NCBI GenBank assembly: GCA_001784175.1
Contig: MFPR01000006.1
Span: forward strand, 186,001 to 250,000
Source of the DNA: Candidatus Lindowbacteria bacterium RIFCSPLOWO2_12_FULL_62_27
Lineage (GTDB): Bacteria > Lindowbacteria > 2-12-FULL-62-27
Direction of reading: 5' to 3'
DNA: 64,000 nt
Numbering within the stretch: position 1 is the stretch's first letter; the number at the start of each line of letters is the position of its first letter. The translations under genes were made by a program, and so were the position numbers. The notes under the pieces are model-generated. The model was given only the letters and a program-made list of their open reading frames with translations. It was not told the origin of the DNA and ran no database searches. Below, one piece after another: positions 45,780-57,581 of this stretch.

Positions 45780-47220
45780 CGCACAGGGATGGCGACGGCG
45801 CCTTCGATGGGCCGCCGCCGTCGCGGTCCTCTGGGCCTGCGCCGGCCCCGTTGCGCAGCCGGCGGCGGTCGCGCTGGAGACCGGGTCCGAAGAATTCCGC
45901 GTCATCCTGATTGAAGACAGTTTCATTTACATGAACGCGGGCCGGGACCGCGGCGTTCAGGTCGGCGACCTCTTCGTCGTCGAGCGGCCCGGCAAGGCCG
46001 TCGTCGATCCCGAAACCGGCGACACGCTCGGCCACGAGCCCGTCGCCATCGCGAAACTGCGCGTCCAGTACGCCGCGCCCCATTACGCGCGCACCTACGC
46101 AATGGAAGTGCTGGAGGGCGTCCCGGTCCAGATCAAGGACCGCGTGGCCCGGTGGTCCGGGGAAGCCGTGGGACGGGTGCCGGCGCCGGCCGTGATGGGC
46201 ATCGAAGTTGAGGAGCCGCGGCGGGCCGCCGGCGAGGGCGACAAGATTTTCACGGAGGAGAAACGCCGGAAGGGCGACATCGTCGGGGACTTTGAGGTCG
46301 AGGGCGAGGTCATCGATTACGATTTCGGCGACGTCGACGGCGACGGCATGCCGGAACTCGTCGCGCTCGAGGAACGCCGCATCGCGGTCTACCGGATATC
46401 GGCCGGCGCCCCGGAGGAGATATGGCAGGAAAAGCTGCGCGGGTATCAGTTCGTCGCGCTCGAGCTGTATGACGCCGATGCCGACGGCAAGGCGGAGATC
46501 TACGTGGGCCAGAAGCACGGGAACACCGGCCGGACCGACGTCTACCGGCATCAGGACGGCCACGTGGTCAAGCGCGGCGAGATCAAGGGCGTGTTCGTTC
46601 GGCAAAACGGCGGCGCCCTGTATGCCCAGCGCTACGGATTCGGCAAGCCATTTGCCGGCCCCATCATGGAGATCAAGTACGACATCGCGGCCAATGTCGT
46701 CACGAAAATCCGGGACCTCAAGGACGGCCCTTACAATGTCCTCGGGATGGGGATCGGCGCCTCCCGGATGGCCTATCTCGATCACAACGACCGCCTCACC
46801 ATCACCGACCGGACCGGCCAGATGATCTGGCGGGGCACCAACCCGCTCGGCGGATCGACACAGGACCTCGTGTCGGGAAACGGCCGGGAGAAGGTCAAAC
46901 TGCAGAAGAAAATCATGTTCGAGGATTTTGACGGCAGCGGCGGCGAGGATCTGCTCGTCGTGAAAAACGAACTCAATCCCTTCTGGGGATTCGTCGGGCC
47001 TTTCGGCGGAAACAAATACAAGAACGGCAAATTCGTGATCTACACCGACCGGCCCGGCGGCTGGGACGTGCTGAAGGAGACGCGGGAATTCGAGGGATAC
47101 GTGTCGGACTACGAATACGCCCGGGTCGGCGGCCCGAACAAGCAACTCAGCGTGTGCCTGGTGACCCCGGCCGGCCGGGAAAAATTCAAGAGCCGGATCA
47201 TCGTGGTGAGGGAACTGTGA
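45775..47220 (+). CDS. Putative lipoprotein with FlgT-C-like domain and FG-GAP/VCBS repeats; start uncertain
   Basis: Lipobox-like LWAC; YMNAGRDRGVQVGD...DPETGDTLG; GDVDGDGMPELV, DADADGKAEI, DFDGSGGEDL. Confidence 0.7.
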   Translation: MDAQGWRRRLRWAAAVAVLWACAGPVAQPAAVALETGSEEFRVILIEDSFIYMNAGRDRGVQVGDLFVVERPGKAVVDPETGDTLGHEPVAIAKLRVQYAAPHYARTYAMEVLEGVPVQIKDRVARWSGEAVGRVPAPAVMGIEVEEPRRAAGEGDKIFTEEKRRKGDIVGDFEVEGEVIDYDFGDVDGDGMPELVALEERRIAVYRISAGAPEEIWQEKLRGYQFVALELYDADADGKAEIYVGQKHGNTGRTDVYRHQDGHVVKRGEIKGVFVRQNGGALYAQRYGFGKPFAGPIMEIKYDIAANVVTKIRDLKDGPYNVLGMGIGASRMAYLDHNDRLTITDRTGQMIWRGTNPLGGSTQDLVSGNGREKVKLQKKIMFEDFDGSGGEDLLVVKNELNPFWGFVGPFGGNKYKNGKFVIYTDRPGGWDVLKETREFEGYVSDYEYARVGGPNKQLSVCLVTPAGREKFKSRIIVVREL

Positions 47221-48845
47221 GCCGAAAGCGCGCGAAGTACGTCTTCGTGACCGGCGGAGTTTTGTCGTCGATCGGCAAGGGCATCACGACCGCCGCGATC
47301 GGGACGCTGCTCAAGTCGCACGGGCTTTCGGTCACCGCGCTGAAGCTCGATCCGTATCTGAACGTGGATGCCGGCACCATGAGCCCGTTTCAGCACGGGG
47401 AGGTCTTCGTGACGGACGACGGGGCCGAGACCGACCTCGACCTCGGCCATTACGAGCGGTTCCTCGGCGTGCGGATGGGCGCGAAGAACAACGTGACCGC
47501 CGGCAAGGTCTACGCCGCGGTGATCGCCAAGGAGCGCCGGGGTGATTTTCTGGGCGCGACGGTGCAGATCGTGCCGCACGTGATCGAGGAGATCAAATCG
47601 CAGATCGCCGCGCTGGAAAACGGCATCGACGTCATTTTGGTCGAAGTCGGCGGGACCGTGGGCGACATCGAGAGCCAGCCGTTCCTGGAGGCGATCCGGC
47701 AGATGGCGCTCGAGCGGCGCGGCGACGCCGTCTTTGTGCACCTTACCCTTGTGCCGTATCTCTCGACCGTGCAGGAACTCAAGACCAAACCGACCCAGCA
47801 CAGCGTTCAGGAACTGCGCCGGATCGGCATCCAGCCCGACTTCATTTTCGCGCGCTCGCCGGTCCCCCTCTCCGACTCGGCGCGCGCCAAGGTCGCGCTC
47901 TTCTCGAACGTCGACGCCGCATCGGTCATCTCCCTGCCCGACGTCAAGTCCATCTACCAGATTCCTCCCCTCCTCGCAGCCGGGGGCGTCGACCGGCAGC
48001 TCCTCGAGCGGCTCCGGCCGGAGAAGGCGGAGAAGACGCCGAAGCCGCCGGCCAAATCAGCGGCGCCGCTCATGGAGCGCTGGGAGCGGCTCGCGAAGAC
48101 GGTTCTTTTGGCCAAGGATGCGGTGACGATCGCCATGGTCGGCAAATACATTGATCTTCAGGACGCCTACAAAAGCATTCTGGAGGCCCTGACCCACGCG
48201 GCCGCCGCGCACGACCGGAGGCTCGACCTCCGATGGGTCGACGCCGAGGAGCTGCAGGACCGCACGCTGGGCGAAACCTTCAAGGGCGTCGGCGGGATTC
48301 TGGTGCCGGGCGGATTCGGCGAGCGGGGGATCGAGGGCAAGGTCCGCGCCGTGAGTTACGCGCGCCTGAAATCCGTCCCGTATCTGGGCCTGTGCTTGGG
48401 CCTGCAGATCGCCGTCATCGAATACGCGCGCAACGTTCTCGGCCTCGATGGCGCCACCAGCACCGAATTTTCGCCGCGGCCCCGGCATCCCGTGATCGAC
48501 CTCATGGAGGAGCAGAAGAAGAAAAAAAATCTCGGCGGCACCATGCGCCTCGGCGCGTGCACCTGCAACATCCGCAAGGGAACGCTCGCGCACCGCATCT
48601 ACGGCCAGCCCAAAATCCGCGAGCGGCACCGGCACCGGTACGAAGTCAACGCCGCCTACGTCCAGCGCCTCGCCAAGGCCGGACTCGTCGCGGCCGGCAC
48701 GGACGAACGCACCGGCCTCGTCGAAATCGTCGAATGCCCTTCCCATCCGTTCTTCATCGGCGTCCAGTTCCATCCGGAGTTTCTCTCCGCCCCTCTGGCG
48801 CCGCATCCGCTCTTCAAGGCTTTTGTCGGCGCGGCGCTTCGGTGA
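47217..48845 (+). CDS. pyrG: CTP synthase
   Basis: KYVFVTGGVLSSIGKG, DPYLNVDAGTMSPFQHGEV, GLCLGLQ, QFHPEF. Confidence 0.98.
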   Translation: MSRKRAKYVFVTGGVLSSIGKGITTAAIGTLLKSHGLSVTALKLDPYLNVDAGTMSPFQHGEVFVTDDGAETDLDLGHYERFLGVRMGAKNNVTAGKVYAAVIAKERRGDFLGATVQIVPHVIEEIKSQIAALENGIDVILVEVGGTVGDIESQPFLEAIRQMALERRGDAVFVHLTLVPYLSTVQELKTKPTQHSVQELRRIGIQPDFIFARSPVPLSDSARAKVALFSNVDAASVISLPDVKSIYQIPPLLAAGGVDRQLLERLRPEKAEKTPKPPAKSAAPLMERWERLAKTVLLAKDAVTIAMVGKYIDLQDAYKSILEALTHAAAAHDRRLDLRWVDAEELQDRTLGETFKGVGGILVPGGFGERGIEGKVRAVSYARLKSVPYLGLCLGLQIAVIEYARNVLGLDGATSTEFSPRPRHPVIDLMEEQKKKKNLGGTMRLGACTCNIRKGTLAHRIYGQPKIRERHRHRYEVNAAYVQRLAKAGLVAAGTDERTGLVEIVECPSHPFFIGVQFHPEFLSAPLAPHPLFKAFVGAALR

Positions 48846-49675
48846 TCCCGCGCACCCGCCGCGTCCGCATCCGCCCCGGCCTCGAGCTGGGCGGAGGCGG
48901 ACCGATCGTCTTCATCGGCGGGCCGTGCGTCATCGAGAGCGAAAAGACGCTCCTGGAAACGTGCGGCCGCCTGGCGGAAATCTGCGGCGAGCTTGGAATT
49001 GGGTTTGTGTTCAAGACGTCGTATGACAAGGCGAACCGGACCAGCGTGCGGTCCTACCGCGGGCCAGGACTGCGCGCGGGACTGCGCGCGGTCGAGAAAG
49101 TGAAGAAAAAATTCGGCGTGCCGGCGCTTTTGGACGTCCACAAGGAATCGGAGTGCGGCCCGGCGGCCGAAGTCGCCGAGATTCTGCAGATCCCGGCCTT
49201 CCTGTGCCGCCAGACCGATTTGATTCAAGCCGCGGCGCGGACCCGGCGCGTGGTGAACATCAAGAAGGGGCAGTTTTTGTCGCCGTCGGACGCGCGGTAT
49301 GCCGCCGAAAAAGTAACCTCGGCCGGCAATCCCAACGTCACGCTGACCGAGCGCGGCGCCAGTTTCGGTTACGGGAATCTCGTGGTGGACATGCGGTCGC
49401 TGCAGATCATCCGGGAGTTCGGCATCCCCGCGATTTTCGACGCGACCCACAGCGTCCAGATGCCGGGCGCCGGCGGCAAAACCGCGGGCGACCGCCGCTT
49501 CGTCCCGGCGCTGTCGAGAGCCGCCGTCGCCGCCGGCATCGACGGCCTATTCATGGAAGTCCACCCCAACCCGGCCCGGGCCAAATCAGACGCGGCAAAT
49601 CAAATGCCGCTCGCGTCCGTCCGCGGGCTTCTCCGAGACCTGATCGAAATCGACCGGGTGGTCAAGTCAAAATGA
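48842..49675 (+). CDS. kdsA: KDO8P synthase
   Basis: GPCVIES, DKANRTS, QIPAFLCRQTDL, KKGQF, FDATHSVQ. Confidence 0.97.
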   Translation: MIPRTRRVRIRPGLELGGGGPIVFIGGPCVIESEKTLLETCGRLAEICGELGIGFVFKTSYDKANRTSVRSYRGPGLRAGLRAVEKVKKKFGVPALLDVHKESECGPAAEVAEILQIPAFLCRQTDLIQAAARTRRVVNIKKGQFLSPSDARYAAEKVTSAGNPNVTLTERGASFGYGNLVVDMRSLQIIREFGIPAIFDATHSVQMPGAGGKTAGDRRFVPALSRAAVAAGIDGLFMEVHPNPARAKSDAANQMPLASVRGLLRDLIEIDRVVKSK

Positions 49676-50643
49676 AGCCACGAATTCTGGTCCGTGAGGC
49701 CCGCCGCGTCCTGCGCGTCGAGGCCGACGCGATCCGCGCGATCCTGCCGCGGATCGGCCGGCCGTTTGTAGCCGCCGTCGAAACGCTCCACGCCTGCCGC
49801 GGCCGCGTCGTGGTCACGGGCGTCGGCAAGTCCGGCGCCGTCGGCCGGAAAATCATGGCGACCCTCGCGTCGACCGGGACACCGGCCCTTTTCCTGCACG
49901 CGGTCGAGGCCCTGCACGGTGATTTGGGGATGGCGACCAAGGACGACGTGGTCCTGGTCGTTTCGTACAGCGGTGAGACCGCGGAACTCACGACGCTCCT
50001 GCCCGCCTTCCGGCGGCTCGGCTGTCCCCTCATCGCCATCACGGGGAACCTCCGGTCGACCCTCGCGAAATTTTCCGACATCGTCCTCAACGTCCACGTG
50101 AAGCAGGAGGCCTGCCCCATGAACCTCGCGCCCACCGCCAGCACCACCGCCACGCTCGCGCTGGGCGACGCGCTCGCCGTCGCGCTCCTCAAGCTCCGCG
50201 GATTTACGCCGCGCGATTTCGCGCAGGTCCATCCGAGCGGCGCCCTCGGCCGGCGGCTCCTCACCCGGGTGTCGGACCTCATGCACACCGGCCCGGCGAT
50301 GCCGAAGGTCGACCGCCGCGCCACGATGCGCGAAGCGATCGTGGAGATGACCGCCAAGCGGCTGGGATTCACGTCGGTCCTCGACGGCGCCGGCCGGGCC
50401 CTCGGCGTCATCACGGACGGCGACCTCCGCCGCCATCTTCAGCGCGGCGGCGATTTCCTGGACCTCCCGGCCGAACGCCTCTGCACGCGGTCGCCCAAAT
50501 CGATTTCAAAAGACGCGCTGGCCGCGCAGGCCCTCGCGATCATGGAAAAAAATTCGATCACGTCCCTCCTCATCCTCGACGACCGCAAACGCGTCTTCGG
50601 ATGCATTCACATCCACGACATCCTGAAAGCAGGCGTGGCGTGA
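49672..50643 (+). CDS. kdsD: Arabinose-5-phosphate isomerase (KpsF/GutQ; SIS + CBS)
   Basis: GVGKSG, ASTGTPA, EALHGDLG, HPSGALG, TDGDLRR. Confidence 0.95.
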   Translation: MKPRILVREARRVLRVEADAIRAILPRIGRPFVAAVETLHACRGRVVVTGVGKSGAVGRKIMATLASTGTPALFLHAVEALHGDLGMATKDDVVLVVSYSGETAELTTLLPAFRRLGCPLIAITGNLRSTLAKFSDIVLNVHVKQEACPMNLAPTASTTATLALGDALAVALLKLRGFTPRDFAQVHPSGALGRRLLTRVSDLMHTGPAMPKVDRRATMREAIVEMTAKRLGFTSVLDGAGRALGVITDGDLRRHLQRGGDFLDLPAERLCTRSPKSISKDALAAQALAIMEKNSITSLLILDDRKRVFGCIHIHDILKAGVA

Positions 50644-51188
50644 TGGGCGCCGGCGCAGTGCCTTACGAAAAACTGAAAAAAATCCGCGCGTGTCTGTTCG
50701 ACGTCGACGGCGTTCTCACCGACGGCCGGATTCTCCTCGGCGAAGGGCCCGAGGGCGCGCTCCACGAGCACAAAGCCTTTCACGCGCGGGACGGCCAGGG
50801 CCTCATCCTCGCGAGCGACGCGGGCCTGGAGGTGGGCCTGGTGACGAGCCGGGCGTCGGCCATCGTCGAGCGGCGCGCACGGGAGCTTCGGATCGGCCAT
50901 GTGTTTCAGAACGTGAAAGACAAACTGCAGTGCGTGCGGGGCTTTCTCTCCGGCCGGGGCCTGCGGTTCGAGCAGCTTCTGTACATGGGCGACGATCTCC
51001 CCGACCTGCCGGTGCTGGACCGCGCCGGGTTTTCGGCGACGGTCCCGGAGGCGCCACGGGAAATCCGCGCCGGCGCCGATTACGTCACGGACCTTCCGGG
51101 CGGCTCGGGCGCGGTGCGCGAGGTGCTGGACCTTCTGTTTCGAACGCAGGGCCGGTGGCCGAAAATTCTAAAAAAATACCGCAAATAA
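50643..51188 (+). CDS. kdsC: KDO8P phosphatase
   Basis: FDVDGVLTDG, YMGDDLPDL, GGSGAVRE. Confidence 0.95.
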   Translation: MGAGAVPYEKLKKIRACLFDVDGVLTDGRILLGEGPEGALHEHKAFHARDGQGLILASDAGLEVGLVTSRASAIVERRARELRIGHVFQNVKDKLQCVRGFLSGRGLRFEQLLYMGDDLPDLPVLDRAGFSATVPEAPREIRAGADYVTDLPGGSGAVREVLDLLFRTQGRWPKILKKYRK

Positions 51189-51216
51189 TTGACAACGGAG
51201 CGGCGCGCGGTATATT
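51189..51216 (+). promoter_or_regulatory. Sigma70-type promoter TTGACA-N16-TATATT upstream of the nuo operon
   Basis: Near-consensus hexamers right after the kdsC stop. Confidence 0.65.
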
Positions 51217-51262
51217 TACTGTAGTGAACTGAGGGGAGTACAAATCAAGGGGGTGAGGAAGA

Positions 51263-51466
51263 GTGACCAATGGCAAGACATTGAGGCATCTGGTGGCGCC
51301 GGCATTTCGCGACCATACCTCAACGGGTGCGATGGCCGCTGATTTTTTTGCCGACTTCAAGGAGGCCACGGTCGAGCTGCAGCAGATGGTGAAGGGGAAA
51401 CCGCTTTCAGCAAGGCTGGTTTCCGAGCATGCGGTGAGACGGCTTCGGGAAAAAATACGAGTCTAG
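51263..51466 (+). CDS. Small hypothetical protein upstream of nuoA
   Basis: 67-aa ORF with SD-like GAGGA between the promoter and nuoA. Confidence 0.35.
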   Translation: MTNGKTLRHLVAPAFRDHTSTGAMAADFFADFKEATVELQQMVKGKPLSARLVSEHAVRRLREKIRV

Positions 51467-51485
51467 CGATCCGCGCGGAAATTCA

Positions 51486-51851
51486 ATGCTTTCTCCCTAT
51501 CTGCCCATACTGTTTCAACTGATCCTGGCCGCGGGCTTTGCCTGCGCGCTCCTGGTTCTCACGCACGTGTTTGGCCCGAGGCGGAGCACCGACGTGAAAC
51601 TTTCGCCCTTCGAGTGCGGCGTCGACCTTTTGGACTGCGCGCACCACCGGTTCAGCGTGAAGTTTTATCTCGTCGCGATGCTGTTCATTTTGTTTGACAT
51701 CGAAGCGATCTTTTTCTACCCGTGGGCCGTGATCTTCCGCGAGGAGATTTCGCAGGGGTTGCTTTTGCTGTCGGAAATGGGTACGTTTGTGGCGGTGCTT
51801 CTGGTCGGATTCATCTTCATCTGGAGGAAAGGGGTTCTGGAATGGGCGTAG
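51486..51851 (+). CDS. nuoA: NADH-quinone oxidoreductase subunit A
   Basis: [28 protein letters not shown]. Confidence 0.96.
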   Translation: MLSPYLPILFQLILAAGFACALLVLTHVFGPRRSTDVKLSPFECGVDLLDCAHHRFSVKFYLVAMLFILFDIEAIFFYPWAVIFREEISQGLLLLSEMGTFVAVLLVGFIFIWRKGVLEWA

Positions 51852-52354
51852 AGTTGATCCGCGGCGACAACTTTGTCACGACGTCTCTGGCCTCGGTCGT
51901 GAACTGGGCCCGCAAGTCCTCCCTGTGGCCGTTTCCGTTCGGCACCGCGTGCTGCGGCATCGAGATGATGGCGGCCCTGGCCTCGAAATTCGACATGGCC
52001 CGCTTCGGCGCCGAGGCCGTCCGGTTCTCGCCCCGGCAGGCCGACCTTCTGATCGTGGCCGGCACCATCTGCAACAAGATGGCGCCGGTCCTCAAGCGCG
52101 TGTACGACCAGATGTCGGACCCGAAATGGGTCATCGCCATGGGCGCCTGCGCCTCCTGCGGCGGGATTTTCGACAACTACACCGTCGTCCAGGGCATCGA
52201 CGAGATCATCCCCGTCGACATGTACGTCCCCGGCTGTCCGCCGTCGCCCCAGGCGCTCATGTACTCATTTACCCGGATTCAGGATATGGTCCAGCACGGG
52301 CGCGGCGCGTCCCTTGCGCCCATGTCCGAGTCCGTGGTCCCGCTTCCCGTCTGA
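51842..52354 (+). CDS. nuoB: NADH-quinone oxidoreductase subunit B
   Basis: [29 protein letters not shown]. Confidence 0.97.
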   Translation: MGVELIRGDNFVTTSLASVVNWARKSSLWPFPFGTACCGIEMMAALASKFDMARFGAEAVRFSPRQADLLIVAGTICNKMAPVLKRVYDQMSDPKWVIAMGACASCGGIFDNYTVVQGIDEIIPVDMYVPGCPPSPQALMYSFTRIQDMVQHGRGASLAPMSESVVPLPV

Positions 52355-52374
52355 TCTCATCGAGTTTGTCCGAA

Positions 52375-52884
52375 ATGGATCCGCACGATATCCCCGCCAA
52401 ACTTGCGGCGCTCCTGCCCGGCCTCGACTGCGCGCTCGTCGAGTGCGCCGGCCAGTCGACGCTGGAGGTTCCGGCGGCCCGCGTCAAGGACGTGCTGCGA
52501 ATCCTGCGGGACGATTCGGCCCTGCGCTTTGACCAGCTTCTGGATCTCACCGCCGTCGATTATCCGGGGCGTGAGTTGCGGTTTGACGTCGTCTACATCC
52601 TGGTGTCGACCGCGTACTCGCGCCGGCTCCGCGTGAAAACGCGCATCGCGGACGGCGGCCCGGCCGGGCCGGCGCTGCCGACGGTGTCGGACCTGTGGCC
52701 GTCGGCGAACTGGGGCGAGCGCGAGTGTTTCGACATGTTCGGGATCCGGTTCGAGGGCCATCCGAACCTCAAGCGCATTCTGAACCCGGACAATTTTTAC
52801 GGATATCCGCTTCGCAAGACCTACCCGCTGCGGGGCGAGCGGGACCCGGCCTTTCTCGAGTACAAGGAAACAGAGCCGGCCTGA
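52375..52884 (+). CDS. nuoC: NADH-quinone oxidoreductase subunit C
   Basis: [34 protein letters not shown]. Confidence 0.95.
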   Translation: MDPHDIPAKLAALLPGLDCALVECAGQSTLEVPAARVKDVLRILRDDSALRFDQLLDLTAVDYPGRELRFDVVYILVSTAYSRRLRVKTRIADGGPAGPALPTVSDLWPSANWGERECFDMFGIRFEGHPNLKRILNPDNFYGYPLRKTYPLRGERDPAFLEYKETEPA

Positions 52885-54080
52885 TGGAAATCACGGACGA
52901 CACGCTTGAAGACACGCAGATTCTGACGATCAATTTCGGGCCCTCGCACCCCGCCACCCACGGGACGCTGCACCTGATCGCCAAACTGGACGGCGAGCGG
53001 ATCGCCGAAGCCGAACCGATCATCGGGTACCTGCACCGCGGCAAGGAAAAGATGGGAGAACACCTCAAATACAACCAGTACCTCACCATGACCGACCGCA
53101 TGAACTACCTGTCACCGGCCTTGAACAACATCGGCTGGTGCCTCGCGGTCGAAAAACTCATGGGGGTCGACCCGCCGCCGCGCGCGAAGTGGGTCGAAAC
53201 GATCGCGTGCGAACTTGCGCGGATCATGGACCACATGGTCTGCAACGGCATCAACGCTTTCGATATCGGCGCCGGCACCGTCTTCTTCTACATGTTCCAG
53301 CAGCGCGAGGTCATCACGGCCATTTTCGAGCGCATGACCGGCGCCCGCCTGACCATCACATGGCCAAGAGTCGGCGGCCTGCCCTACGACGTGCCGCCCG
53401 ACTTCAAGGACCAGGTGCGGGCGTTCCTGAATGGATTTTATCCGGCGCTGGCCGATTGCGATAATCTCCTCAAGAACAACCGCATTTTCATGGACCGCAC
53501 CATCGGCGTCTCGCCGATCACGGCCGACCGCGCGATCAGCCACGGATTCACGGGCCCGTGCCTGCGTGCCACCGGCTTTGAATATGATTTGCGCAAGCGC
53601 GAGCCGTATCTGTGCTACGACCAGGTCGACTTTGACGTCGCGGTCGGCACGAACGGCGACGTCTACGACCGGTTCTTCGTCCGGATGGAGGAATGCCGCC
53701 AGAGCGTGCGGATCATCGAGCAGTGTCTGGCCAAACTGCCGGACGAGGGGCCGTTCGCCGTCGACGACTACCGCGTGGTGTTGCCGCCCAAGGAAAAAGT
53801 CTACACCGAAATGGAGGCCATGATCTTTCATTTCAAACTCGTGATCGACGGCTTGAAGCCCCCGGCCGGCGAAATCTACCGGGGCATCGAAGCGGCGAAC
53901 GGCGAGCTCGGCTTTTTCATCGTCAGCGACGGCAGCGGCAAGCCGTACCGGGTGAAAGTCCGCTCGCCCTGTTTTTACATCTACTCGGCCTATCCGGAAC
54001 TCATCCGGGGCCTGATGATTTCGGACACCGTCGCCGTCCTCGGCAGCCTCAACGTCATCGCGGGGGAGCTGGACAGGTGA
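52884..54080 (+). CDS. nuoD: NADH-quinone oxidoreductase subunit D
   Basis: FGPSHPATHGTL, GYLHRG, GELGF, GELDR end. Confidence 0.97.
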   Translation: MEITDDTLEDTQILTINFGPSHPATHGTLHLIAKLDGERIAEAEPIIGYLHRGKEKMGEHLKYNQYLTMTDRMNYLSPALNNIGWCLAVEKLMGVDPPPRAKWVETIACELARIMDHMVCNGINAFDIGAGTVFFYMFQQREVITAIFERMTGARLTITWPRVGGLPYDVPPDFKDQVRAFLNGFYPALADCDNLLKNNRIFMDRTIGVSPITADRAISHGFTGPCLRATGFEYDLRKREPYLCYDQVDFDVAVGTNGDVYDRFFVRMEECRQSVRIIEQCLAKLPDEGPFAVDDYRVVLPPKEKVYTEMEAMIFHFKLVIDGLKPPAGEIYRGIEAANGELGFFIVSDGSGKPYRVKVRSPCFYIYSAYPELIRGLMISDTVAVLGSLNVIAGELDR

Positions 54081-54087
54081 TCATTAT

Positions 54088-54203
54088 TCACCTCCTCTCC
54101 CCCCGAAGGGGGGAGAGGATTGAGGTGAGGGGGGAGGAGACGGCGCTGACCGCAGCCTGCCACCCTCACCCCAACCCTCTCCCGCCAGAGGCGGGAGAGG
54201 GGG
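54088..54203. repeat. REPIN-like doublet: two inverted palindromic arms with a 22-nt spacer
   Basis: TCACCTCCTCTCCCCCCGAAGGGGGGAGAGGATTGAGGTGAGGGGGG ... CTGCCACCCTCACCCCAACCCTCTCCCGCCAGAGGCGGGAGAGGGGG; arms near-identical to 60300-60413. Confidence 0.9.
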
Positions 54204-54204
54204 A

Positions 54205-56057
<1,853 letters not shown>

Positions 56058-56058
<1 letters not shown>

Positions 56059-57581
56059 TGACTGAGAACAAGACGATCACGTTCTTCGTCGACGGCAAGC
56101 CCGTGACCGCGCCGGCGGGCGCGATGGTCATCCGCGCGGCGCTCGACGCGGGGGCCGTGATTCCGTACTTCTGTTACCATCCCGCCCTCAAACCCGCCGG
56201 CCTCTGCCGCATGTGCCTCGTCGAAATCGAGGGCTTCCCGAAACTCCAGGCCTCCTGCACGACCCCCGTGACGGAGGGGATGAAAGTCCACACCGACACC
56301 GCGCGCGTCGAGCAGGCGCGCAAGGACGTCCTCGAGTTTTACCTGCTGAATCATCCGCTCGATTGTCCCATCTGCGACAAGGCCGGGGAGTGCCAGCTTC
56401 AGAATTACACCTTCGCCTACGCCCGGCAGAATTCCCGGTACCGCGAGGGCGAAAAGCGCCGGTACAACTACGAGGACCTCGGGCCCAAACTCTTCCGCGA
56501 CATGGACCGGTGCGTGCACTGCCTGCGGTGCGTGCGGTTCTGCGAGGAGATCGTGGGGGACGACAACCTGAGCGTCTTCAAGCGCGGCAACGAAACGGAC
56601 ATCTCGATCTTCGGCAGCGCGGTGGTCAACGAATACGCGCTCAACATCGCCGAACTCTGCCCCGTCGGCGCACTGGTCTCGAAGGACTTTCTCTACAAGG
56701 CGCGCGTGTGGCACCTGAAAAAGACCGAGACGGTCTGCGCCTCATGCGCCACGGGCTGCAATATATATATGGAGAGCAAGGACCAGGTTGTCCAGCGCAT
56801 CACGCCGAGGGTCAACCCGGAGGTCAACGACCACTGGATCTGCGATTTCGGCCGGCTGAACTTCAAGCACATCAACAGTTCCCAGCGCATCCACGAGTCG
56901 ACCCGGCTGGAGGACGGCGTGCCGCAGGTGCTGGAAATGGACGACGCCGTCCGGCGGCTGGCCGGCATCCTCGCGGGCGCCCCGGCCGACCGGCTGGGTC
57001 TTCTGATCACGCCGGAGGCGACCAACGAGGAGATTTTCGAGTTTCGGCGCCTGGCCGAGCAGGTCCTCAAATGTCCGCATCATGCGTACGGTCTGGTTCC
57101 GCCCGAGGAAGGCAAACTCGATTTCTTGCGCAGCCGAGACAAATTCCCCAACTCAGCCGGCGCCCGGCGGCTCGGCGGCCTCTCCGGGCTGGGCTTTGAC
57201 GGACTCAGGATTCTGGAAATGGCCGAGAAGGGCGAACTTGAAGTTTTGTTGATGATCTACCCGCACAGCGTGTCAAAGCATCCGGGCGGCGAGGCCTTCT
57301 TGGGGCGGCTGGCCGCCGCGCTCGCGCAGGTTCAGACCTCGGTCGTGATCGATTATCTGCAGAGCAAGGTGTCCGGCGCCGCCACCATGATCATCCCGGG
57401 CCTGACGCACGCCGAAAAAAACGGCACGATGGACAATTCAAAAGGGATCACCCAGAAACTTCGCCGCGCCATTTTCCCGTCGCCGGACCAACTCAGCGAG
57501 CAGGAGATGCTGATCCGCGTCTCGACAGCGCTCGTCGAAAAAAGAGCGGGGGTTACTTTGTCTGCGTCTGACCCGCGCTGA
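56058..57581 (+). CDS. nuoG: NADH-quinone oxidoreductase subunit G (short form)
   Basis: FCYHP, CRMCLVE, NHPLDCPICDKAGEC, CVHCLRCVRFC, CASCATGC. Confidence 0.93.
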
